The translations under genes and the position numbers were made by a program. From Setoptus koraiensis (taxonomy: Eukaryota > Animalia > Arthropoda): a stretch of 64,000 nt of DNA. How positions within the stretch are numbered: position 1 is the stretch's first letter; each line of letters begins with the position of its first letter. Below the pieces are notes generated by a model, which saw only the letters and a list, made by a program, of their open reading frames with translations, made no database searches and was not told the origin of the DNA. Shown one piece after another: positions 37,875 to 47,985 of this stretch. The stretch is taken from NCBI GenBank assembly GCA_048013815.1, contig CM106586.1, positions 558,001 to 622,000 of the forward strand. The letters are read 5' to 3'.

Positions 37875-38189
37875 CGCACAGACAGGTCTAAAAGTCGATA
37901 TTAATTGAATTTCAATGAGTAAGAGATTCAGATTAATTTTATTTTTTCTTTGGTTCGTCGTGGGTGTAAATTTCTTATAGAAGACCCGGAGAGGGGGGTT
38001 CTGGCTCAACTATCTCAGTTTATTGCGAAGAAGGCAATGTTGTCTCGTTCTGTTGTCGCGCAACTACCTCGTCAGTATCTCGTGATCTACTCCAATGAGT
38101 CGGATTCGCGCTAAAGGTAACACAAAATTAATCTGAATCCATTACTCATTAAAATTCAATTAATATCGACTTTTAGACCTGTCTGTGCG
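37875..38189. repeat. About 66-bp inverted repeat pair enclosing about 180 bp
   Basis: 37875-37940 (CGCACAGACAGGTCTAAAAGTCG...) is the near reverse complement of 38124-38189. Confidence 0.85.
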
Positions 38190-38199
38190 ATTTTCTGAT

Positions 38200-38647
38200 G
38201 ATAGTCTCAGCTTCTCTGCCGGAGTTCGATGGTCAGAGTTCGATGGTCACATTTCGAACTTCGAAATTCGATTTTCTAGTGATTGTTTCATCTGCTCTGT
38301 CAATGTTCGTAGTTCAGTGTCCGAAGTTCGATGGTTACAATTGGAAGTTCGGTGGTAACAATTCGAAATTCGAAATTGAAAATTCAAATATCTGATGATA
38401 GTTTCATCTGCTTCGTTGAAGTTCGATGATCAGATTTCGATAGTGGTGGGCAATCAACATGTGTATCATGCTGCGATAGAAATTTGAAGAACTTGTATTT
38501 ATTTGGTCGCTCCTCGGCTGCTCTGATCTGACAAGCATAGTTGTTTATCTCCGACATGTTATCACATACTCCGGTCTATGTTCCAAGGATACTCGTTTAT
38601 CCAAAAAATTAAGCGCTCGAGATACTGATTGAATCAGTATCACTTGT
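38200..38647 (+). mobile_element. 3' part of type D Helentron
   Basis: AATTAAGCGCT-CGA-GATACTGAT-TGA-ATCAGTATC-ACTTGT ending at 38647, abutting Gypsy pol; another 3' end lies at 37807-37852. Confidence 0.85.
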
Positions 38648-41482
38648 CTTAGGTGAGCTCTGTTGTTGAAGTGGACTAGGCATGGCGAAGAAGTTAATGC
38701 CCTTTTTATATCTTCCCAGGCCTTTTGACATTCTGCGGTCCATTCGAATTTGACGTCGTCTTTTGTTAATTCCAGTAAGGGGGCTGCCCTACTGGAGTAG
38801 TTTTCTATGAATTTTCTGTAGTATGATGCTATGCCGTTAAATCTTTTGACTTCCTTTGCGTTTGTTGGGGCTTTCATCTTGTCTATTGCAGCGGTCTTGT
38901 CTGGATCTGGGTGTATTCCTTTCTGGTCTATGTAGTGACCTAGAAATCTTATAGCGCGCATACCGAATTGGCATTTGTTCGATTGCTTTAACGTGTTCAT
39001 CCCACGTCTGGGATGCGATTATCACGTCGTCCAGATATACGAGGCATTCCTTGCCTTTTAGACCAATTAGAACTGTATCCATTAATTTTTGGAATGTGCT
39101 GCCAGAGTTTCTCAGTCCGAACGGCATTCGGGTGAATTGATAGTGCCCATTCGGCGTCTTAAAAGCTGTAGCTTCGATGGAGTCTGGGTCCATCGGTACT
39201 TGCCAATATCCTGAGTTTAGGTCCATGGTTGTAAAGTAATTCGCTTTATTAAATGAGTCTAAAGCGTCATCGATTCTCGGGAGAGGATAAACCCAAGGTT
39301 TAGTAACGGCATTCACTTTTCTGTAATCGATGCAAAATCTCAGAGTACCATCCTTCTTTTTCACCATGACGATTGGTGATGCCCAGGGTGACTCTGAGTC
39401 CTCTATAATGCCCTTAGACAGCATGTCTTCACATTGTCTGTCTATTTCTTCTTTTTCTGCTGGGGAATATCTTCTGAGTGGTTGATTAATAGGTTTAGCA
39501 TCTCTTTCGAGGTCTATCTTGTGTGCCATTAACTTTGTTTTTCCTACGTGTCCATCTATGGATACTACATCTTGGTATTTATGTAACAGTTCCACTATTT
39601 GATTTCTTTGGCCAGCGTCCAAAGTTTCGCCCGTAATTGTACTTTTATCTATTTCGCCCTTTTTAAATGTCTTTGTGTGTTTATCATTTTGCGGGCCGGG
39701 TTTTTCGTGTTGTTCCCACGAACCTAATGTTGTGTTTTTCTGCACTTTCAGCGGCTTGTTGGTTACATTTGTTATTCCTATGTGGCACAGGTTGTCCCTG
39801 CCTTTGGTCACGCAATGCGGTATTACGTGTCCAGTTCTGTGACCGTGAGGTTTGATTATTACCTCTTGGTTGCCCATTGCTCCTTTAACTTGGATTTGTG
39901 TTATACTTCTTGGTGGCAGGGTAATTGTCTGTAGTGTTTGGATTTTCTGCTTTTGCCCTTGAGTCGTGATCTCCTTATCTGTAACCAAAACTTGTTCTCT
40001 GAAGTATACCATTTCTCCTTCTGGATCTGGTAACATTTTGAATTCTTTCATTAGGTCAGTTCCTAACAGGAACTGTGTATTCAGTTTAGCAACCACCGTA
40101 ACCCTGACGTTTCCTTGTTTTATAATCTTGCCAATTTGCACCTTTAAATTGATTATTGAGTCGCCCATTGTTGTAAGTTCTTTGCCGTCGGCTTCTATGA
40201 GTTTCCGGTTGCACTTAATTCTATCTAGCCTTAATAGTTTTGCAAGGCTGATATCTATCACCGATCTGGCTGCCCCTGTGTCAATCATAGCGTTGATTGT
40301 ATGTCCATTGATTAGGACCTTCTGCATTAAGGGGTCATCCGCGTTATTAGCGTGAAAAATTGCGTTAGTACGGCTTTGTATGATGTTTCCGCTATTTCTG
40401 TTGTTGTAACCTCTGCTTTGTCCTCGCCCCCTTCCGTTATACCTGTTGGTTGGGTTGCGATGTCGCTCGTTATTATTTCTACCCCTGTTGCGTTCTGTTG
40501 GCACTCTTTGTTGATTTCTGTTTGATTGGTTGTTCGTCGACTTCTGATGGTTATTCTTCAAGAGCCAGCATTCACTCTTGATATGGCCAGATTTATTGCA
40601 ATGATAGCAGACTTTATCTTTACTTCCGGCGGGTCTTTGGTTGCTCGTCGAAGGTCTGCTATAATTGTGGGGGTGCCTTTGGGGTTTATTGAAGTGTGTC
40701 GAAATGGCTGACACCTTGATTTCACCTTTTTGTATGGCGAAAGTCTGTTCAAGTAGACGGGCCTTGTGATCTAGGTCGTCTATTGTTTTGGGTTCAGTAG
40801 CAGCTAACGCACTTTGTAGTTCAGGGAGCATTCTTTCCTGAATCTTCCATACTATTTTCTGCATGCCCCCATCTTCTTTTGCCAGGTTAGGGAAAGCGTC
40901 ATGAAGGTGAAACTCCATGTCGTTGATAAAACTAGTGGCAGGTTCGTTAGGCTTCTGCCTGCGGTTCTCGAGCAATTGTCGTAGTTTGGCCATATAGTCG
41001 TAGTCGATGAAATTGCTGTTGAACAACTCCTCAAGTTCCTCTAACTTTTCGATTTTTGAAGGTAAGATTCTCATCATGTACCAGGATAAGGCGGATCTTT
41101 CGAGGTAGGGCGACATTCTCTTTATTGCTTGAGCGTCGGACCATTCATTAGCGTCACAGCACAGCTTGAAGTGGCGAATCTTGGGGGTCACAATAAGACT
41201 TTTCTGTTCTGACATCTTGATGTCTTGAGCTATTGATAAATTTTCTTTTTCTAAAGTAATGCACAGTTCTTGAGCCTCTTTTGCTTCGGCTTTGTACTCG
41301 TTTAATAGGTTGTAGACCACAGTATAATCGTCAATTAACTGTTGACCGATTTGTTTTGCGGTAGGACTCTCGTAGAGAGTGTCGCTGCGTAATCTTGCTG
41401 TGTCTATTAATGATAGTAGATTGTTGATTTTCTTGTTGAAGTCACTTATTGTTATTCTGGGCGATTTTAGCGTGGTCGCCAT
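38648..41482 (-). pseudogene. gag-pol: Gypsy gag-pol single ORF (coiled-coil/capsid, CCHC, protease, dUTPase-like spacer, RT); small frameshifting deletion near 38978; truncated in RNase H
   Basis: CYHCNKSGHIKSEC; MIDTGA; SPWASPIVMVKKKDG..FCIDYR; YLDD; 38648-38978 is about 97% identical to 13736-14062. Confidence 0.93.
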
Positions 41483-41695
41483 GCGTTGAAGTTGTGACTT
41501 GTTGCGAATGCGGAAGGTATTACTTCAGCTTTAGCTATGGCTAAGAGAGTTAGTTGATTGGTTGGTTGGTTGGTTGATTGATTAAATTGAATCTGCTTTA
41601 CGGCAGTAAATTTTGTGCAATTAAGTTTTGCGCGGTAAATTTTGTGTAAATAATAGGTTTTGAAGATATATAATGTAAGTTTTATATGGTTTTAT

Positions 41696-42091
41696 TTAAT
41701 TATCATGTGCTACGTTGTCTGTTTGATATCCAGGGTCTGATTCCCATTGGAGTTCTTGTTCTTCCATTTCCGCTATGTCCCGTTCTATTTGACGTAGGAG
41801 TTCTTCTTGTTCTCTTAGAGCGTTGTTATATCGCCTGGTGGAGCTGGAGGGGCTGGAAGAGTTGAAAGAGATGGGAGAGCTGGAGGAGCTGGAGGAACTG
41901 GAAGAATTTGGGTCGTCCTGGATGCTATATAGTTCGTAAATTATTTCCACTTCGTCGCCACAATCGCGAACTGTGTTATCTTCACTATAATTGCAGATCA
42001 CAGTCTCGTCGTCGGACCAATATATTATAGTTGAATCGTCGGAGTGGTAGTCAATAATGTTTGACGCGTTGTTTTTGTTTGTATTGGCCAT
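41696..42091 (-). CDS. Gypsy accessory ORF-B (acidic, Ser-rich, C-terminal coiled coil)
   Basis: 131-aa ATG-initiated ORF between LTR and gag; homologue at 15036-15293. Confidence 0.65.
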   Translation of the reverse strand: MANTNKNNASNIIDYHSDDSTIIYWSDDETVICNYSEDNTVRDCGDEVEIIYELYSIQDDPNSSSSSSSSSSPISFNSSSPSSSTRRYNNALREQEELLRQIERDIAEMEEQELQWESDPGYQTDNVAHDN

Positions 42092-42105
42092 GCAAGATTC
42101 TTTAT

Positions 42106-42528
42106 TTATTGGTTTTCGGATACAATCTTTATCTCTAGGCTCTCCTTAATTTTATCGTTATGGCCTATGGTATAAAGGAAGAGGTCCTTTAGCTTGTCAT
42201 CCAGTGTGAGATTCCTGATATATGGTCCGTTGTCGGGTTTTGTGTATAAGGCAACCAATTTTCGAATTAATATTTCGCGTTTTTCCTCAGCCTTGGCCTT
42301 TTCGTCCTCGTTCTTCACAGGCTTCCGGATTAAGGCCTCAAGTTTTTTAAGCCAGGCCTTTCGGAGGGCGTACTCCTTGTCCGCTGTGGCTCCAGCGGCG
42401 CGTGCCTTCTGTATGTGTCGCGACCAGCAGTTGGGGCGCTTGCGCTTCTTGTGACCTGTATTGTCAAATGTGCGTGTGGTTCCCGGTTGTTGGTCGGGTT
42501 GTTGTTGGTCTTTGCTGGTTTGTTCCAC
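42106..42528 (-). CDS. Gypsy accessory ORF-A (basic, helical, NLS-like KKRKR)
   Basis: 140-aa ATG-initiated ORF; homologue at 15310-15490. Confidence 0.7.
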   Translation of the reverse strand: MEQTSKDQQQPDQQPGTTRTFDNTGHKKRKRPNCWSRHIQKARAAGATADKEYALRKAWLKKLEALIRKPVKNEDEKAKAEEKREILIRKLVALYTKPDNGPYIRNLTLDDKLKDLFLYTIGHNDKIKESLEIKIVSENQ

Positions 42529-42790
42529 TGTGGATGGTGATCAATGGGTAGAATGTGTTAGATGCGGAGTTGATGTAGGTGGTTTTATACCTCTGGAGGT
42601 ATAAATTGGGTAAGTCTTTACCAAGCTACCTTACAAAAGGTTGATTGCAGAGCCTGCAGAGCGCCGGCCGTCGACTCTCGTTGGTCGCGCTTTCTTCTGC
42701 AGGGTGCAATCGCGTTTTGTAAGGTAGCAGGGCAGAGCGGGTGCCCTCTTACTTTTGTTTTACCAGTTGGCTTGTTGTATATTGGAAGGA

Positions 42791-42980
42791 GTGGGCGTGG
42801 CTGTCTTTTGTTGTTCGGCCAGGGCTTCCGCGGCCTTGCGGATTTTTAAAGTGGGCGTGGTTGTAGATGGTTAACGGGCCAGGGCTTCCGCGGCCTTGCG
42901 GATTTTTAAAGTGGGCGTGGTTGTAGATGGTTAACGGGCCAGGGCTTCCGCGGCCTTTTATATTTTGGGGTGGGCGTGGC
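42791..42980. repeat. 60-bp tandem repeat (about 3.2 copies) with GGGCGTGG boxes in the Gypsy leader
   Basis: Units at 42791, 42851, 42911, 42970. Confidence 0.9.
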
Positions 42981-43092
42981 TAATTTAGTGTCTTAGCTTT
43001 GTTGCTGGTTTAGCCCTCAAGAGGGCTTTGTTTTGCTTTGAGAGGGGTGCGTGGTCACACCTCGCTGCTCTGTGCTTGTTTGCTTTACTGGT

Positions 43093-43337
43093 GTTCGTAG
43101 GCGAACCTCCAAGTAAGGGCAGTTGATCTATTTGGAGATGTTATCTCAAGGCTGGTCTGATCACGACTGATCTTCATCGATCAGCCGTGGCTTTATTTAT
43201 AGGGGCAATCTGCTGAGGTCAGCAGATTGCCCATTTACATGTCTTTAGCCTGTGGCGCGCACTTGTCGCGCCTGGCCGTGCTGCATGGTGTTATCACCAC
43301 CATGCACGGCCGTAGCGCTGCGAGTGCGCGTCTTACA
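43093..43337 (-). mobile_element. 5' LTR (about 43102-43337) and candidate primer-binding site TGGAGGTTC (43093-43101, tRNA-Gln-like)
   Basis: Starts TGTAAG on the minus strand; homologous to 8441-8709; the PBS matches only 9 nt of a recalled tRNA-Gln 3' end. Confidence 0.65.
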
Positions 43338-43396
43338 ATGTGTGTGATACATCGAGACAACAAATGAAAAGCAATTCAATAAGCAATAAGCAATTA

Positions 43397-43596
43397 CCAG
43401 AACAGGGCAATTTGACCGCAATAATAGAAAGAGAGTCAACCAAGTACTAATAACCAGAACGAGGCAATTTGACCGCAATAATAGAAAGAGAGTCAACCAA
43501 GTACTAATTACCAGAACAAGGCAATTTGATCGCAATAATAGAAAGAGAGTCAACCAAGTACTAATTACCAGAACAAGGCAATTTGACCGCAATAAC
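43397..43596. repeat. 57-bp tandem repeat, about 3.5 copies
   Basis: Units at 43397, 43454, 43511, 43568. Confidence 0.9.
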
Positions 43597-43954
43597 AAGA
43601 TGGAAGAACATTGGAGAGTAACATTAAGGAGACTAGCAATTCATCTTGGTTTCGGCCCAGAAGATCGCCCGGACATCTTCGAACCAGTTGAGACGGAGCG
43701 AGAAGAAGAAATGTACAAAATTTTCGATTATCATGTCGAGCCGAGAATGGATGGTACAGCAAGAATTGGCATGGACGAATTTTTGACTAATCTAATACAG
43801 TTTTATGGACCAGAGATCGATGATAAAATATAATGATAAGAAGAGTGTAATAGAATGCAATAATAAATACAACATAGTAATTAGAAATTTATAATTTTCG
43901 TCTCCTTTCTTCTCATTTTTGCCTTATTATTTATTCTTCGTTCTTGCTTTCTTT

Positions 43955-44161
43955 TCCGCCCCATTCCGCCCCATTCCGCCCCGTTTCGCCCCGTTTCGCC
44001 CCGTTTCGCCCACCCGCCCCATTCCGCCCAGTTTCGCCCCGTTTCGCCACCGCCCCGTTCCGCCACCCGCCCCGTTTCGCCCAGCGGCAACACGGGCGGC
44101 ACGGTTTTATAGGTGGCGCTGTTTTCCGCCCCGATTCCGCCCGCTGCCGCCCGTCACACTA
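43955..44161. repeat. GC-rich CCGCCCC(A/G)TTT repeat tract ending in a hAT-like terminus
   Basis: Ends GCCGCCCGTCACACTA (TAGTGTGACGGGCGGC on minus); partner end not seen. Confidence 0.45.
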
Positions 44162-44179
44162 GTTCACATACATTTCACC

Positions 44180-47100
44180 TTTTTAGCGCTTAATTTTAAT
44201 TAAGTAGCTATTGATGTGGGTCGGATGGATACGTTTATTCACGTGGGTAGAACAAATCAGTGCTTTTTTTAACTAGAAAAAAATAGCACGGTGTAAGCTG
44301 TACTATGAGAAATAAACTAGATAAATTTAGAACACTCAAAGCCTACAATGTTTATTAGTTAAATTTAGCACACAGAATGCTATGCGCGCGAAAACTAACT
44401 AGACGCGATTAGCACACTCAATGCTGAGATTCTAGCTAGATGAATTTAGCACAGCAGGAGGCTAGCTGTATACAATTCGGATCTAGTGCACTGGAAGCTG
44501 GAGGCGTCAGAACTAGAAGATTCTAGAACAGTAGAAGCTATTCAGAATAACTACTGCTTCTCAGCACTGTTAATGCTAGTGTAGTTAAAACTAGACGAGA
44601 GTATCACGCTCAATACTGAGATGCTATCTAGATGAATTTAGCACAGCAGAAGGCTAGCTGTCTTCAATTCTGATTTAGTGCACTGGAAGCTAGAGGTGTT
44701 GGAACTATAGGATTGTATAACAGTAGAAGCTACCCAGAATGACTACTGCTTCTCAGCGCTGTTGATGCTAATGTAGATAAAACTAGACGAGAGTCACACG
44801 CTCAATGCTGCGATGCTAACTAGATGAATTCGGCACAGAGGAAGCCAAGCGGCGTACAATTCAGACTTGGCGCACGGGAAGCTAGGAGCGTTGTAACTAG
44901 AAGATTACAGCACAGTAGAAACTACTCGATGTGACTAGTAAGTCCTTCTAGTATGATACTCCTAGTAGCGCTAGGCGTGAGTAGTACAGTAACGGTCAAA
45001 CTGGGCGACAGAAGTTGCACAGATTACTATTAGCATTGTATTGGTGCTCTGTGCAAATTTTCACGAAAGTCTTAAGGTGAGAACATGTTCAGAAATTCCA
45101 GTATTCACATGGACTGGGACATCCGGATATTTCCAATGCTGCGAAAACGAGCAAGTGCACATCTTTGCAGATTAGTGTTTTGGTTAATATGATACTGAAT
45201 TGATTTGTGGTCCAAAGAACTTTGTATAAATGCTTGTCTCATGTAGCTGGCGGTTTTCAAACAATTCCTTTTGATTATGCTCGCATGCTTCAATTCTCCT
45301 TGTAGAGTTAGCTGCTGTGGCTCCGGTTGTTAGAAGATCACGATAGATTGGTTTGTGTGGTAAGGTCCCGTGACAAAAGCAGTTATATGCTTTCTTACTA
45401 AAGATGCATGCAGATGCAATGAGTTGACCGTAATGGGATCGAGATCATTCATCCATGTGTGAGTTCAAACATAGGTATTCGGACACCGTGTCAAATAAAT
45501 CAAGTTGTTGTGCATATTTTTGGCGTTTGTCTTCTGATGGGCAATCTGAATTTTCAAGCTGACTCACGTATCGTAGTTTGTTTTCACGCACTATGGGTAC
45601 ATATTCTGTTGATGAGTCGCAAGGGCACTCAATCTTTAGCTTTGCTAAGGCACAAGCTAATGTGACGGCGTAGTGGCAATTAGGGATTGTTGTTCACTCT
45701 TGTAGATGGTAGGGCCTCCTAAGATCTCTATCAGTATGCCACTGGTTGAACTCCGTGTGACTGGGTCGCCTCCTCAGTCACTGTCGCTATGGCAATGCAA
45801 CAGGAGATTATTTTTATTATTATTGTTATCTGTGTTTTTGTAAACAATTCCCAGAGATTTAGTGCCTTGTAGATAACGAAGGATCTGTTTACATGCGGTC
45901 CAATGTTTCCCTTTTGGACACTTACAGAATTTAGAGAGTAGATTCACGGAGAATGATATGTCTGGGCGAGTGAGGCATGAAATGTAATTCAGACATCCGA
46001 TAAGATCACGGATAAGGCACTTGGATTGGCTTATCATCTTCATGCTCAATGAGTAAGTTCTCTGCATCAGACATTGGTGCAGCTGATGGCTTACAATCAT
46101 CCATATTATATTTAATCAATGTTTGTTGTATAAAACTTTGTTGATGTAGCATGATACTTGATGTGTCTATCGTGCTTATTTCGAAACCAACGAAGTAGTT
46201 GTTATTAACAACATTTATCTTTATCATGTGACCTATTTGATTGATTAAATCAATTAATACTTGCTTGTTGATGGCTGCGACTATGCCATCGTCAACGTAG
46301 ACGATTATAAGTATTCGTTCATTTTTGTAGTTGCCGACTTACATGCTTGGATCAGATTTCGTTGGTGTCAAGCCTACATGGCTCAATATTTTGTTGAACT
46401 TCATCTGCCAACATCTTGGAGACTGTTTCAGCCCATATATACTCTTTCTCATGGGCAACATATCCCTTCGGGTGGAGTTTAATAAACTTCATCGTCGAGT
46501 GTTCCATTTAGGAATGCTGTTGCTATGTCGTATTGGACATATTCTAATGACATAAAGACTACAATAGCAAAGAAGACTCGAATGGTTTCATGTCGCACGA
46601 CACTTGTGTACGTTTCAAAATAGTCCTCGCCAAACTTCTGGCTAAAACCTCGGGCGACTAGTCTAGCCTTTAATTTCTCCAATTGCCCGTCAGGGTGGAC
46701 TTTTTTCTTGAATAGCCATTGGTTATAGTCCCGAAGAGCGCCACACTTTTTTCGGGGTATTTTGGGTATTTTTGGGTATGGTATTGTACCCTGATACCGC
46801 GATGCGTATTCCGGAAGTGCGGAAATTCTTCGTTCCCGAGATAACCGAGGTACCGCTCAGTGGGCGTTTCACGGTACCCGACAGCCGCTTGGAGATTTGC
46901 GGGTAGTTTTTCGGGGAAATTTTTGGTACCTCATCAAGGTCGCATCCAATACAGCAAGGAATGGCAGAAATAGGCCTCAGCTTCGCTCAGCTTGTGATTC
47001 GGATTTAGTGCACTGGACGCTAGAGGTGTTGGAACTAGGAGATTGTAGAACAGTAGATACTATCCAGAATAGCTACTGCTTCTCAGCACTGTCAATGCTG

Positions 47101-47985
47101 ATGTGGCTGAAACTAGACGAGTGTAGCACGCTCAATACTGAGATGTAAAATAGATGAATTCAGCACAGCAGAAGGCAAGCTGTCTACAATTCTGATTTAG
47201 TGCACGGGAAGCTAGATGCGTTATAGCTAAGAGATTATAGCACAGCAGAAACTGCTCAACCATTCAAGGTATCTGAACGTTAACAATGTTAACTCTATGG
47301 GAATTCGATGGTCACAATTCGAACTTCGAAATTCGAAATTGAAAATTTGAATTTCTGATGATAGTTTCATCTGCTTGGTCGAATTTCGATGGTCAGAGTT
47401 CGGTGGTCAGAGTTCGATGGTCACGATTCGAAGTTCGATGGTCACATTTCGAACTTCGAAATTCGAAATTGAAAATTCGAATTTCTGATGACAGTTCCAT
47501 CTGCACGTTCGATGTTCTGTGGTCAGTGTTCGATGGTCAATGTTCGATGGTCACAATTCGAAGTTCGATGGTCACAATTCGAAGTTCGATGGTCACAATT
47601 CGAAGTTCGATGGTCACAATCCGAAGTTCGATGGTCACATTTCGAACTTCGAAATTGAAAAATTCGAATTTCCGATACTAGTTTCAGGTGCTTGTACAGA
47701 GTTCGATGGTCACAATTCGAAGTTCGGTGGTTACAATTCGAAGTTCGATGGTCACATTTCGAACTTCGAAATTGAAAAATTCGAAATTGAAAATTCGAAT
47801 TTCTGATGACAGTTCCATCTGCTCGTTCGATGTTCAGTGGTCAGTGTTCGATGGTCAATGTTCGATGGTCACATTTTGAAGTTCGGTGGTTAACAGGCTG
47901 TCATAAACTCCATTGAATCCTTCAACAATACTTGTCCACACGAAAAATTAAGCGCTCGAAATACTGATTTGATCAGTATTACTTG
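44180..47985 (+). mobile_element. Composite non-autonomous Helentron (type C 5', type B 3'), 3.8 kb, with internal Copia and MITE fragments
   Basis: 5' terminus at 44180 and 3' terminus at 47943-47985 in the same orientation, none between; type C repeats flank the cargo. Confidence 0.7.
45520..46722 (-). pseudogene. pol: Ty1/Copia RT-RNase H fragment, degenerate
   Basis: KARLVARGFSQKFGEDYFETY; YDIATAFLNG; IGCLNYI..TRPDI; HCHSDSD. Confidence 0.92.
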
